Of a DNA stretch of 64,000 nucleotides, positions 13,320-27,378 are shown one piece after another (the stretch's first letter is position 1; each line of letters begins with the position of its first letter). The translations under genes and the position numbers were made by a program. The DNA is from Lama glama. Taxonomy: Eukaryota. Under the pieces are notes generated by a model, which saw nothing but the letters and a program-made list of their open reading frames with translations, did no database searches and was not told the origin of the DNA. The stretch covers positions 89,840,001-89,904,000 of the forward strand of contig CM052816.1 in NCBI GenBank assembly GCA_028534125.1, written 5' to 3'.

Positions 13320-14150
13320 AAGACAAAATCAAAGGGGAAATTAGAGAAGACCTTGAAATAAATGAAAATGAAAATACAACTTAATGAAACTTGTGGGAAA
13401 TAGCATTATTTCTACAAAAGCAATACTAAGAAGAAAGCTTATAGTGATACTGTATTAAAAAAGATCACAGATAAGTTAATTTTACACTGTAAGGAACTAG
13501 AAAAAGTTTTGTAAACAAAGGTCTATGTTATCAGAAGAAACAAAATGCTAAATATTAGAACAGAAATGCAAAGAAAAAAGGCAAATAAGAGAACAGTATG
13601 AAAGATCCTGCATTGAAAATGAGTTGGTTTTTGGAAAAGATAACAAATTTGACAAATATTTAACTATACTTAAAAAAAAAGACTCAATGACCAAATAAAC
13701 AGAATGTTACAACTGATGCCACAGTATTAAATAGGATCTTAAGAGACTAACATGAATAATTACATGCTAACAAATTGAATAACCTAGAAGAAATAAATCA
13801 CTTCTTAGAAACATCCAACCTACCAAGGCTGAATCATAAAGAAACAGGAAACTGAACAGAACCGTAACAATGAAATGAATCTGTAATCATAAACCTCCCA
13901 ATAAAGAAAAGCCTAAGACCAGACTTATCCCCACGGGCTTAACATCCAAAATATACGAGGAACGCCTACAGCACAACAGCCAAACAAACAAACAAAACCC
14001 CTCAAGTAACCCACTTAAAAGTTGGGAAAAGATTTGAATACACATTTCTCTAAAGAAGACATAAACGGCCACCAGCTATATGAATAGAAGCTCAACATCA
14101 GAAATCATCAGGGAAATGCAAATTCAAATCACTTCACTATTGTTAGTATG
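13320..14150 (+). mobile_element. L1 ORF2 fragments (L1M)
   Basis: aatgaaaatgaaaatacaac...acaactgatgccacag...aacctagaagaaata...ctaccaaggctgaatca...atcagggaaatgcaaat. Confidence 0.85.
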
Positions 14151-14244
14151 GATTTATATATATATATCTCCACCGTTCACATTATATTTCAAGAAACCGA
14201 TCATTTGAGATAAAATAATGATCAAATAATACAACAGTAAACTA

Positions 14245-16040
14245 TCTATTAGTATATATTAAGGTCAGACAAAATAAACTTTAAGTCAAGAAATATTATT
14301 TGAAACAAAGAGATATTTCACAGTAATAAAGTATCAATCTCTGAAGTAGATCCACAAAACATAAAGAGCAAAAGCCAAAAATGGTTTTGAAAGGAGAGAT
14401 ATACAATTCAACATTAGTAGTTGGATAATTTCATCCCTCACTATAAATAATTGATAACATTTCAAGTTGGAAAAAGCAGAAAGGTTATAGTAAATTTGAA
14501 CAACAGTATTAATCAGACCAACCTAACTGAAATATATAGTGCATTGTATCCAAGAACAGTAGAATGTCCATTCTTAGCAAGTGCACTTAGAAATACTTTT
14601 TTAGAATAGACCATGTTTTAAGCTACACAACAAGTCCCAATAGATTTAAAAGGATTGACCACAATAAAATTAAACTAGAAATCAAAAATTAAAAGAAATT
14701 TGGAAAATCTCCAGATACTTAGAAATAAACTTGGATAATTTTACATAATCGATAATTCAAAGAAAATGTCTCAAAATAAATTAGATAGAAGTGTCAACTG
14801 AATGGAAATGGTAACAGAGCAAATTAAAATTGATGAATGCCTCTAAAGCAGTATCTTGAGGATGATTTATAACTTTGTACATATCAAAAAAGAAGAAATA
14901 TTTCATATCAATAATGAGCTTTCATCTTATAAAATGGAAATAAAAGGACAACCTAAATCCAAACATGTACAAATAAGAAACAGCAAAGATTAAGGAAGAA
15001 ATCAATGAAATAGAAAATGGAAAGCAATACAGAATGGCAACAAAATATGATTCTTTTAAAGATCAAAAAAAAAAAAATTGCCAAATCATAGCTATCCTGA
15101 CCAAGAAAAAAAAGAGAGAAAACACAAATTAGCAAATTCAGGAATTAAAATATCTCATAAAGCATTATATCAATAATATATGAAACATTATTACAATTTA
15201 AAGAGAAAATATAATTTTAAAATAGACAAATATTTGAATAGTCATGTTGCTAAATAAAATATAAAAATAGCTAAAAGCACATGAAAAGATGCTCAACATC
15301 TTTTCTTATTGATAAATTAAGACCATAGTGAGGTACCAATACACATCAATTTAAAAAGCTATAAAAAAAAAGAAAGTATTAAGTGTTAACAAAGATATAA
15401 ACAGGAATATTCAAATTTCGCTAATAGAAGTGAAAATGATACAGTCAATCTAGAAAACAGGTTAGCTTTCTTCTTTAAAATTTAAATACAAACTTATATG
15501 ATTGATAATCCCACTCCTAGAAACCTACCCAAGAGAAATAAAGACATATATTCACAAAAAGACATGTATATTAATGTTTGTAACCGTATTATTCATAATA
15601 GCTCCAATCTGGAAATAATTCATATGTCCAACAACTTGTAAATAGATAAACAAAAGTGATAATCTAACCAACTGAATACAGTGTGGCATTATAAGGGAAC
15701 AATGTGCATGCTATGGTATGGAAGAGAATCAAAATATTATGCTAAATGAAAAAAACAACTACATATTATGTGATTTCATTTTTATAAAATGTACAGAAAA
15801 TGCAAAATTTTAGAGAACAAAAGCAGATCAGTGTTACCTACATCTAAAAGAGGGAGCAGATAGTAACTGTAATTAACTGTAAGCAAGCATGATGGAACTC
15901 TTTGTGTTTATGGAAATGTTCTCAAATTGCATTGTGGTGATGCCTGCAGAATTCTATAAATATACAAAAAGATCTAAAGTTTTATAAAATTGCAAAAAAG
16001 AATTTTATACTTAAAATGGATGCATTTATGGTAAGTCAAT
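14245..16040 (+). mobile_element. L1 (L1MB/L1MC-type): endonuclease region, internal deletion, 3' end
   Basis: tcagacaaaataaactttaag...aaagcacatgaaaagatgctcaacatc...ccactcctagaaacctacccaagagaaat...aaagcagatcagtgttacct. Confidence 0.85.
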
Positions 16041-16129
16041 CATTTATCGATAAGAAATACTATCAAAATCAGCATTTCAGCTCATTTCAGGAATGAAGTC
16101 ATATTTCCTTTAAAAAAACAGACTATGAT

Positions 16130-16573
16130 ATTGAGGACTACATGGTGTTTACTTGACGTGATTAGTCATTCTTGGCAATGACCTCCTAAAAACTCTCAAG
16201 TGGCTCAATACTCCTCTATGTTACTATAGCATGAAAACTGAAAAGTTAACAAAAAGAAACTGTAGAAAGATAACAAGTTGCAGAGCAGAAAAAAACACTT
16301 GTTTTGTTGGAGGTTTTACAGGGGCACCATGACCCGACCCACATGGACGGCTGCCAAGAACAAAGGATTCCAAGAACAAAGAATTCCTAAACCAACAAGT
16401 TTGCAACAACCAACAATACCCTCTTTTCTTTTTAGTAGAAAAGGAGCCTGAATTCTGACTTGGGGAAGATGGTTCTTCAGAACATTAGTTTGCTAACTTC
16501 TCCATCAGCCAGCTTTCCAAATAAAGTCACTATTCCTTGCCCTGCCAAAAAAAAAAAAAAAAAAAAAAAAAAA
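16130..16573 (+). mobile_element. ERV LTR-derived segment ending in a poly(A) tail (probable retrocopy)
   Basis: LTR-like U3/R text; AATAAA at 16520-16525; A27 from 16547; no U5 or terminal CA. Confidence 0.7.
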
Positions 16574-17435
16574 GAAACTATAATGAAATCTCAAAGGAAG
16601 GAACATTCAGGAGTTTACCCTATAAGGACAATTGTAAATAGATAATCCTTAAGTATTTTTATATTGTGAATAAATCTAAATGTCAATTACTAGGAATTTC
16701 TTAAAAACTCATGGGGTGTGTGTGTGTTATATTCAATTTAAGAAATTAAAGAAAAACAATATAACTGTATTTGGACATATAATTTACACCTAAAGAACTA
16801 GTTAATTGATCACTCAATGTTCAAAAATTAAAACTCCAATGAAAAGGAATATGCTGTTTCACAATTATATAAAGGGAGATGTTATACATGGAATAACATG
16901 ATGAAAGCATGGTATATTTTATTTCTCTTATTTCTTAAATGATAGAAATTAACAGTATGTTTTTCTCTAGAAGTCATTCCAGAATCAGAGCTTCCAAATC
17001 ATAGAAGTAGAATGAAAAATAATAATAATAATAAATCTAGGTGTGGTCTACTTCAAAAGGGAGTTTCATTCAATCAGAACAGTATCTGCAGACAGATAGA
17101 ATGACAACAAAAGAGAATTTTCAAATGTAAATTTCTTTCTAGGTTGGCTTCTGGCTTGCTTTGAATGGCTGAATGAAGAATGACAGCTCCTAATTTTCCC
17201 AACATATGTGAAATTCAATTTTTGGTGCACATTTAATTTGTATAAGCTTTCAAGCTGCTGACCATAAATAAAGAAACCATGGTTAAAGTCTGAAGCACAA
17301 TGTGCTCCTTATTTCTCTCATTCTTTTAGTCTGTGTTCAGAGAACTATTAAGGGAAAGATTTTCAGGGTTATAAGTTGCTCTAAAGCAAAAATGGTGGAT
17401 ATGATGAAATTAGGTTAGTCTTAGATTCTTAGACT

Positions 17436-17483
17436 TATCTTAGATACATGACATTTCATGTATCTTAGACACATGACATTTCA
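17436..17483. repeat. ~25-bp tandem duplication (tatcttagaYacatgacatttca)
   Basis: Two adjacent copies, 1 mismatch over 23 bp. Confidence 0.85.
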
Positions 17484-18134
17484 AGATTCTGTGTTTACAT
17501 CTCAAAGGGATGAGAATGAAACAAATAAATGAACAGTCAAAAAACAGGGCCAAATAATTTTGGAAATTCTTGGAACCATCAAAATAATTCCTAATCAAAC
17601 TTCAGGTACGCCTTAGCACACAGACACATGTTCTCATGTGACACATCTAGAGGGAAAAAGGATTTTCACTTTTATTATTTTCCTCAGTTAATTTCAGAAA
17701 TAGAAGACAATGAGGAATGATTTTTAAATAATCTTATCTTTTAACTTTGGGATATTTTTGTTGGCCTTTGTTCAACAAAGCCCTGTGTTCAACATTTACC
17801 TGGCACAGTAACTCTGTGTTTAATTTTTCTTCAACTCAAGAAATTTAATGTAGAACATCTCATGGCATCACTTGCCTGACACTTCAGTAATATCCTCTGA
17901 TGAACTAAACAACATCAATTTAGAACATAAATTGTACATGGCATTTCTGAGACAGTGAATATTTTAAAGCAATGTTATCACGTAATAGTAATTAAGAGAG
18001 AAAAATATGAGAGGCTTGGATTACCCAGCAAGGCACCAGGAGAGGGAAAATCACACACAGCCCTCAGGAATCAGACGGGGGGGGGTGTCCATGGGCAGCT
18101 GGCAGTGCCAATCTGTGAGATAATGAACAAACAA

Positions 18135-18530
18135 TAAATTCAGCTTTCAAGAAAATCAGAGTAATGGTTGTGTAAAATCCATCTTAAATACCAGTAAATC
18201 CTTGAAGTGCAGAGACGTAGGCTGAAGACATAGACGTGGAAGTCAATGCCACTATAGATGGAAATGTAAGTATGGGAAATTGATGAGATCAGACAGCAGG
18301 AGGTTTAGAATAAGAAGAGGTCTTCGGAGAGCATCTTCAAAGAGTGCAGGTACTTAGAGACATGGAGAAGAAGAACATTCTAAAAGAGGTCTGAGGATGA
18401 GTCAGAAGAGAGGGAAACAACATCAAAAATAAAACCCAAGAATCTTAAAGCCAGAAATTCCAAGGAAAAGGGTAATTTTGAAAAGGAGAAAATTACCCAA
18501 TGTGTTAAATTCATCCATAAATATAAGTAT
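18135..18530 (-). mobile_element. L2 fragment
   Basis: ggctgaagacatagacgtggaagtcaatgccactatagatgg...gatgagatc; purine-rich antisense L2 pattern. Confidence 0.6.
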
Positions 18531-18559
18531 TTCAGCTATACTTTTGAACATCATCATTT

Positions 18560-19230
18560 AATTGAGCCCTCCTTCACATGTGTACCGCTGCCACTCTGGC
18601 TGAGACACCATCATCTATGTACACAGATTATGTAAGTAGCATCCTAATTGTTCTCACTTTCATGTGACCATCCATTTTTAAGAATTCATCCAGAGTTGTG
18701 TGAGTGAAAATCTGATCATATCTCTCCCCTCTGGGGGGTTTCTCATCACAACATATCTCTTTAGTATCATCTATAAGACTCTGTTCTTGACCTTATCTAC
18801 AATTCTGACTATGAGTGGAGACTGGACTCATGGTCCACCAGGCTGACCAGACTACCCTTCTTCTTTTCACCAAAGCATGCCAAGCCCAGTGCTTTATCAA
18901 GATTATACCTTTCCTGTTCCCTCTACCTAGAAGCCTTTTTTCACCTAACTTTGAGAAGTTTTCCCTCTTTTTTAGTTTTGTCTTCAAATAGCCCTTTCTT
19001 AGTGAGACTTTCTGTAACTTACCCCACCAAAAATATTTCTCACTCACTATTTTTCCTCCACATCACTTAATATCATCTAAAATTATGAGTGTATTCACTT
19101 ATTTATTTCCTACTACTCCTATTTTCTGTAAGCTGTACCCAGAAATAAATAGTATTATTGTTGTGATGTATCTTAAGCACAAAATAGAATTGCAAATAAA
19201 TATTAAACTGTTTAATAAATGAGTATTTAC
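18560..19230 (+). mobile_element. L2 3' region
   Basis: ctgccactctggctgagacaccatcatct...gtaagtagcatcctaattg...ending aataaatgagt. Confidence 0.7.
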
Positions 19231-19389
19231 ATTGTTTGTATAAATTGTATTATGTTACTTTGAAACTCTTAGAGTTTTTGTAGGATTAAACAAATAAATT
19301 ATTATGTTACCCAAGTTAAAAAACAAGAATTTTCAATTTAAAATAGAGACAAACTAAAAATTAAGAAAGTTATGTAAAATCCTGCAATC

Positions 19390-20760
19390 ATACTTGAATT
19401 GAAAATAGCAGCATGAATTTATAATCCATGTTTAATTTTCAAAAAGAATGTGTATTTTTCCTAGCTAGATTGATTGAATTAACCTAGAAGGACTGACTAA
19501 CCATTGGTCTTTATGTACTATTTTCAAAAAAAGAAACCTGGACTTTTTAAGAAAGGCCTGATTCCAGGTCTAGGGCAAGAAATGTAGAAGATGACCCTGA
19601 AATAATTTTTACACTAGAAAGCAAGAAAGTTCTCAAAGAGCATGGGTTCATATCAGAAATACACAAGAGTCAACTTGAAAGAAACCCCAGTGGACCAAAA
19701 TGGGGCTGTGCAAGAATCAAAATATAATGATGTCTGGGACAGACTGGAACATAAAATACATATATAATTGAGGGCTTCAAAAAGACACTAAAACTAAAAC
19801 TAGAAAAAAAAAAGAGAGAGAAAGAAAAGCAAAAACCTACTCACTACAGAGAAAATCACATTATTTGACTCTAGTGGTTACCAGTACTAACTTGTTTCAC
19901 GAAGGAGCGCAGCCAGCTTCTCAACTCCTTTTCCCTTAAGAACTGTAGCTTAGAGTAACCTAATAGTTCATGAGGAAAAATGTCTATTTTTACAACAATT
20001 CTGTCTAATAAATGAAACACGTTTTGCAATTCCTAATAAAATACTGGATTTCAATAATAACCATACATGTCTGCCAAAATCATTAGATGAAAAACTGATG
20101 GAGGACAGTTTAATAAAGATGGATCAGGTTGACAATAACTGAGCCTAGTGATGGAGAAAAAGAACGTCAGACTTTACATCTCTTAATTTAATGTGAAAGG
20201 GAGTGTGCAATACCACCTATATAGCATTCTGGGCAAATATTGAAAAATGTTAAAAGCATTATGTGGGTTAATTAGCAGTAATCTGAATGTGGAACTATCT
20301 ATAGAAAAACTGACCCACCATCTTTAACAAATAAATGGAGAGGGGAGATTAAAAGGTGTTTAAGTGACAAATCAATAAAAAAAAGTATGAACTTTGTTAT
20401 GATCCAGATTTTTATTAAAAAACTATTTTATAAATGACTTTCACAGGACAAATTTTTACATTAACTTAACATTAGATTATATTAAGGAATTACTGTTAAA
20501 TTTAAGGTATGACAGTAGCCTATGCTAACATTAAAAGATTTAGCTTTCAGAATTGTTATATAGGTATATGTACACATAAAATCCTGTGTATTTGAAGTTC
20601 ATTTAAAAATAATACAGAAGGTAGGAGATGGTATAACTGAAACATGATTGGTTACATATTGATAATTACTGAAACTGGGTGATGGTTGAGACTTTTGTGT
20701 CTCTTTGGTAATATCCATAATAAAGAAATATAATAGAGATATCAAAAAATAAAAATAAAA
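19390..20760 (+). mobile_element. L1MC-type long 3' UTR
   Basis: tgattccaggtctagggcaagaaatgtagaagatgaccctg...gaaactgggtgatgg. Confidence 0.75.
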
Positions 20761-21227
20761 GGTGAAAAACAGAAAGGGTGTGGCTGAGAGATACAACTTA
20801 TATGTTTTAGGGGTCCCTTGCAGACATGAATATTAACAACCTATTCTATCATAATGTTCATAATTTTGCCATCAAGTCTAAAAGAAGACAAAAAAATCAA
20901 TTTATCATTACTAATATGAGTTTGGAATCTCTTTCATCAGGTAGAGTTCACTTACAATAATATGCTTACACGATCTCTCCACTTCAAAGACAAGAATTAA
21001 TGTCTCTGTGAGTAGAACTGTTCACATGAAGGAAATGTTAATCCTAATGACCAAAATATTTTATTTACCTGTGAAAGAGAAACGTTAAATATTTAAAAAT
21101 CTAACATTGGATTGTACATGAAATTTTTTCAGAAGTATAAAAAATATAAAAAAGCAATTTATGAAGTTGATGCTGAATTTATTTCAAAGGAAATAAAGAG
21201 ATGGGGATATATAAGAAAAATAACTAG

Positions 21228-21286
21228 ATCCTATCTATCTGTCTATGTATCAAGGTATCTATCTATCCATCTTGGTATCTATCTCA
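21228..21286. repeat. Degenerate (TATC)n
   Basis: ctatctatctgtctatgtatc...tatctatctatccatc. Confidence 0.7.
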
Positions 21287-23124
21287 GCGTAATGAACTGT
21301 GATGAGTGAAATGTGGCATACCCTCTGATGCTTAGTCAATGAAAGCCCCACAGTGAAATATATCAAAGACGTTGGTAAGATTTAAACAAATGTATGGCAG
21401 ATAAACCTTGATAAAAAGGTAGATCTAAAGAACAAGCTATTGGAAAATAATGGAAAGGGAAGAGAAGTAAAAAAATAAAATAAAGAAGGACAGTAGATAG
21501 ACAAAACCTCATAATTTGACAGTTTGACCTTTTAAAGTAGCAGCACTTCTAGTTTATAAACATCTGACAGAATGTTGAGGATATTTGTTAAATAAAATGA
21601 AATGAAAAAGCTTATAATGACAAATTTTATAATACAGCAGTTGTTGACCCTACTTGTAGTTTGTGGGAGGAGACTACGGAGATGTACACATGTTGTGAAA
21701 TAACGGATGCTTCGAACCAGTATTTGAACAAGTTGTGGAGTATCACAAACACAATTCAATGACTTATTAAGTTACATATGTGTATGTATATAAACACCTA
21801 GCCTTCCATTTTACAAACCATTATCCTTTCAGGCATGTTGCCTAATGATTAACTCCATAATATTTCAACATAGTCATCTAATCTTAATGACATACATCAG
21901 CATTGAGGCTTCATTCTAAGAAAATGTGGTCATGGTTAATTTGCAAGAAGTATATTTCTTTGAATGTTTGTACCTCATAAATTTTTATAGCACTATTTTA
22001 TATCAATCATAATGGTACATGAACTAAGAACTTTGTAACACAAACGCTTCCTTATGGTACTTTACATGTTCATGTCCAGTTACTGAACATTTTTACCATG
22101 GGCAGATACAGAACTTCAACTCTAAACAGTATAATATATCCTAACAACTTGGAATTTTGATTCTCATAAATTCATTTCAGCCAGCACTTTGTCACCTTTC
22201 AAATGTACACATTCTACTCCTTACTAAGGATGTCACTCAAACTTCAGGCTTTATTATACTTCATAAAGTATTCTCTATGTTTTCACCTTGTTTTAGATGT
22301 GCTCTTGCAAGAATGATAAGGCAAACTCAAACTGTTATAAAATCAACGTGAGGATGATGATAGTAACATAATAACTTCAGTATATTGATTAAACATCTTC
22401 TTTCTTTCAAGTCATTGGCGTATACACCAAATTATATGAATCATCATTTCATCATCATTTGTATTTTTATTATAGTATAGTAACAATTTACCAGTATTAA
22501 TAAAAATGATATTTACTATTTGTAAAATTTTAGTTTCTCATTACCATTAAAAATTTCTTGTTCACTTTTTTAACAAGTTACTTGAAACACAGATGTTTTC
22601 CTTACAACCATTTGCAAGAGGGACAGAACATTGATTTCAGTGAGCATCTTCTACTAATATTTATATTCCCCACGAGAACAAATTATTCTTTCCTCTTTCC
22701 CAAGGGCTGAACACAAGTAAATTAAAGTCAGCTGAAATTCACTGAATTCCAAATACATTGTAATTCCTAGTAGGCAATAATTCTGTCAAAACCAATGCTG
22801 CTTCCCTAATTCTGTCCTTGAAACTTGACCAAAGTTATACATTATGGTACTCTTAAGATGATATGATTTTTATGAACATAGAATATTGTGGAAGAATGAA
22901 TTCTGAGATATTTCCATTAAGTTACTTTTGCACATACGTGTTAGGATTTGGGAAGGTGATTTGGAAGAGAGACTGTAAACTGAGTTAAATTTTCAAGCAC
23001 AAAGTCAAAGGAAAATCAAAACTGCACAAAAAAATTCCAGTGTTATGATTTCATGTATATAAAAGTTTTAGTCACATAGATATCTATGTATATGGATAAA
23101 TAAATGAGAAAGAAAACATGCTGT

Positions 23125-23640
23125 TGTATACCAAACAGAGCCTGGTCAGGAAAAGGGAGAGAAAAATGGGTATTTCACAGAAAAAAAGTTAGTATGTGTA
23201 AGAATTGCTTGCACAGACATTGAATGGCTAACTAACAAAAAAAAGGAACATTGAGACCATCCAGTGATAGTAATCACAGGAAGCAACCACCACCACTAGT
23301 TCCTGGGGATAAAATAGTAGTTAAAGTAGCCTGGAAGCTTGGAAAGGGGGTGCTCCAAAGGCTCGGCATTCTGATCTCTAAGTAGGGTATGTGATCAGGC
23401 TAGTGCTGTCACCCCTGAAAGTGTGCAAGAAACTGTATGTGGGGGTGTGGAAAAAAGCCAGCAGCTTCTGCCCCTGTGAGCAAGCTCCCATCCCAAACAT
23501 CTACAGTGCAAAGTCATTAAGTCACACCATAACCCACTTTGTAACAACAAACTTGCTCCTCTATCAAGATCACTTTTATAATCATCCACAGCTTACCTAG
23601 TGTTTTATCTCATCAGGACCTCCGGCTGAATAACCAGTCT
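23125..23640 (-). mobile_element. Old ERVL-type LTR
   Basis: ggtcaggaaaa...gatagtaatcacaggaagcaaccaccacc resembles an ancient ERVL LTR consensus. Confidence 0.5.
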
Positions 23641-23654
23641 TCTCCTCTCTCATA

Positions 23655-23900
23655 ATAATAAAAATAAATAACAATAAAACATATACTAAATATTTATTAT
23701 CTTCCAACCATTGTTCAACATATTTCGTGGGTAGTAATCCATTTAATTTTCACAACATAAGGCTTATGTACTTATGGGCTCCATCTTACACATGCACAAC
23801 TGAGACAGAAAATGTGAAAGTTTTCCCAGCAATCATGTGTCACCAAAGCTGAGACTGTCACCCAGGGAATCTTCTGAGTCATTGCTATTAAGCTTTATAC
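23655..23900 (-). mobile_element. MIR SINE
   Basis: catttaattttcacaac...ccatcttacacatgcacaactgagacagaa. Confidence 0.7.
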
Positions 23901-23904
23901 TTAC

Positions 23905-24620
23905 CTCTGTCCGTGTCCATTTTTCATAGTCTAGTGGCTGTCATTTTAATGTAACCTTTGTCATTACTAATTTTGTCTCACCTTAACTACAGCAATGGCC
24001 TTCTAACTTGTCTTCCCATATACATTCATGGTCATAAAATGTAGACTTCACACAGAAGCTGGAATGAGACATCAGACAAACATGCCACAGGTCAGCCTTC
24101 TGCTTCAAACTCTCCAAAGACCTTCCATTTCCTTCTGATGAAAATCCAAAATTGTTTCAAATCCCTAGTAGATCCTAAAAGAGCTCTTCTCAATAACTTC
24201 CTCTATTTAATCTCTCCTCTCTCTGTCTGGCTTCTTGCCTTAAACCATACTAATTTCCTCAATTTCTCTTGAACACATCACACATATCTAACATCAAAAC
24301 CTAACCTTCCTTCTCCACCCTTAATGCACATCCTTGTTCCTACACTTAATTCAATTCTCTGCTCAAGCATCACCTGTACACTCTATAAAATATTATTCTA
24401 GCCATCCATTTTCTCATCCTGTTTTATTTTTGTTTCAAGAATTTATTAACATCTAAAATTACGGGACTGTCATATATTTTCTGACCAATCCAACAGAATG
24501 TGAGTTTCCTAAGAAAAATCTGTATTTTAACTGTGGTATCAATGTCCCCTAGAAGTCTTCCTGGCACATAATATGTTTCATTGTTGTTTATTCATAAAAT
24601 GAGTCTTGAATCAATGAATC
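23905..24620 (+). mobile_element. L2a-like 3' region
   Basis: actacagcaatggccttctaacttgtcttcc...cctagaagtcttcctggcacataat...gaatcaatgaat. Confidence 0.75.
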
Positions 24621-24899
24621 CACTAATCTTTTACACCTTTAACTTTCACTTTATTCATTAAAATAATCCAATCCTGAGTGTACTACACTCTCTACAGCTG
24701 TCACAAAGAAGATCAAGTTTCCCAGGGGAGTAATTTAATTTGATATATGCATAGTGCACAACAAAAAATGTGCCTTTTAGATATATCCACTCTTTCTTTT
24801 CCAATCAGTTGTGTACATAATTCTTCACTGTGTCCAAATCCCAAATTATTTATGTTTAGCTTTTGATCTGACCTACTATTTTCATTTAGAAAATACAAA

Positions 24900-26230
24900 C
24901 ATCCCATGAAAAATGCTTCATATTCTCCCTAAATGATAATATCTTGCAAAATTCTAGTACACTGCCACCACCAGGAAACTGATATTGATACAATTGATTT
25001 TATCATATTAAGATTTCTCCTATTTCACTAATACTTATTTTTGTGTATATACTTAGTTCTATGCAATTTTATCTCATGGGTAGGTTCATGAGTCCACCAT
25101 CACAATCAATCAAGAAACGGGACAGTTCCAACACCACAAAGATTTTTGTGTCACTTTTTTCAAATCTTTTTCATTTCCCTCCCATCTTCACACCTGCTCT
25201 TTCCTTCCTGCTGGGCAATCACTATGTACTCAATTTGTATAATGTGGCTTTACAGGAATGTTAAATAAGATCATATAATGTGGAGCTTTTGGGGACCTAC
25301 GTTTTTTTTCACTCAGCACAGTTCTCTGGAATCCATCCCATCTGTGCACTTACGGCTCTTCTCTTTTTGCTGAGAGTAGTCTGTGATATGGGTGTACTGG
25401 ATTTGCTCACCTAATGAAAGATATCTGAGCTGCTCCCAGTTTTGAACTTATTATAAATCACTCATATGAACATGCATCTGTAAGTTTTGTTTGAAAACAT
25501 CAATTCCTATTCTCTGTGATAAACGCCTGAGTGCATTTGCTAGGTTGAATGGTAAATTTCATATTTGGTTGTAATAAAAAACTACCAATTTTTTCCCATG
25601 TTGGTCTACCATCAGAAATGTATGAGTGATCCTGCTTTTCACATCCTAACCAGCGTTTGTGTTGTCACTGTGCATGTTTTTGCCATTCTGATAAGTGTGT
25701 ATGTATAACATTTTGGTCTTGATTTTTTTAAATGTTGGATTATATTTTGTTATTTTGACAGTTTTTGTCTGATTTGGTGTCAGAGCAATACTGGCTTCAT
25801 TAAATGAGCTGGGGAGTCTTTCCTTCTCTTTCATTTTCTAGAAGAGATTGTGTGAAATTGGTAATTCTTTAAGAGATTTGTAGAATTCAATTATTTAGGT
25901 ATCTTTCTGTTGTCTCTCTGGTTCTGATTTCTAGTGTGGGTCTATTATGGTCAAATAAGACACTATATGATTTCAATTCTTTGAAATGTTGGGTTTTATT
26001 TTATCACCCAAGATGTGGTCTACCCTCTTCAATGCTTTGTAAGCTCTTGAAAACTACATATACTTCTGTTTTAGGGTGAAGTATTCCATACACATCAATT
26101 ACATTAACTGTGCTGATCAGATCTATACTCTGTTCACTTTTGTTCTACTGGCTCCGACAGTTGTGTGTCTAACAGGGCTGTGTTGAAGTTTCAAACTCTA
26201 ATTGTGAATGTGTTTACTGCTTGATTGTTT
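24900..26230 (-). mobile_element. L1MC/L1MD-type 3' end plus ORF2 fragments
   Basis: ccaggaaactgatattgataca...tgccattctgataagtgtgt...tgatttggtgtcagagcaatactggcttcattaaatgag; ORF track 25646-25834 contains the L1-like LPSSFNEASIALTP. Confidence 0.85.
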
Positions 26231-27378
26231 TGAACTGTTTACTCACCAATCTTCTGGGCAAAACTCTCCCTTCCTCTTTCTGTTGGTTGTTTTTCCGTCT
26301 CAGTCGTGTTTCACTTTTCTAACAAGAGCGCTGCTGCTTCAGTTTTTCTATTTTTTGCAATTATTCTCTGTGAGTTTTCTGCCAGTTAGTGCTTTCAAAC
26401 ATAGCTCCATTGCCCCCATCTGCTGGTTCCTCACATTATAGCCGTGGGAGAGATGCTAGTTTGATACTGTTCTATCACTACCATATAGTTATTTTGGGCA
26501 GAGTGTAAAATCTATATAAATCTTCCATATGCTATGTCATGTGCATATTCCTCATGCATGTGCACAATACAAACATATGTTCCTGCAATTCGCACAGTCC
26601 AAAATGCCTGATTACACCAGCGTTCGTTAACGCAATACATATTTTTTAATCTTTTAAATATAAATTGTCCAATCCCCACCCATCATCAATCTAAATGAAA
26701 TGCTAGATATTTGAAAATAAATATTTTATTATATTTGCAATATTTAAAATATTTCATAGTTTCTGTTTCTAATGGTAACAGTGAAAACAGGCTCGTAAGT
26801 CTTATGGTATAACATAAGATTGGAAGTATGTAGAACTGCATTTAATTCAATTCTGTATTCTTAATCTTAACTGAAAAACAGATGCTAAATTTAAATATGC
26901 TACATGAATCACTTTAATTATGTTATTTCTCCTTTATAGCATTTAGTTTACATGCACCTCAAAGTAAATGGTTTAGTAGCAGCTAATAAAACACTGTGGT
27001 TATGCCAGTTTGACTTCATTACTGGTATATAGAGTTTACTTAGATTCTCCTTTAGTATTGCAATTTTCTTGGTTTTATTTATCCTTCTGTTATTTATTGG
27101 TGATGATGGTGCCCACTGTGATTCTGCAGATTTTTCAGGTACCAGCAGCATCTTCAATCATTTACAAGACACTAAAACAGCCAAGCTAAAGATCGTCTGA
27201 ACTCAGTGAAAAGAAGAGAATGGAAGAAAAGATTCATAATAGATACGGCTTTCATCCAGGGATAAAGGTGTAAATGGAGTGTGTACCGCAACTATTTAAA
27301 AAGTTATTCAATTTTTAAAAATATATGTTACTATTGTGGGTCACTGAAGAAATAATAGTCACTTAATTTTTTAAAACT

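Noticed and set aside
21630..21765. CpG-containing stretch with short open frames on both strands
   Set aside because: No convincing splice-site pair and no recognisable peptide.
26411..26426. CTCF-like motif (CCAGCAGATGGGGGCA on -)
   Set aside because: Mismatch at the conserved GGC position; a single weak match is expected by chance.
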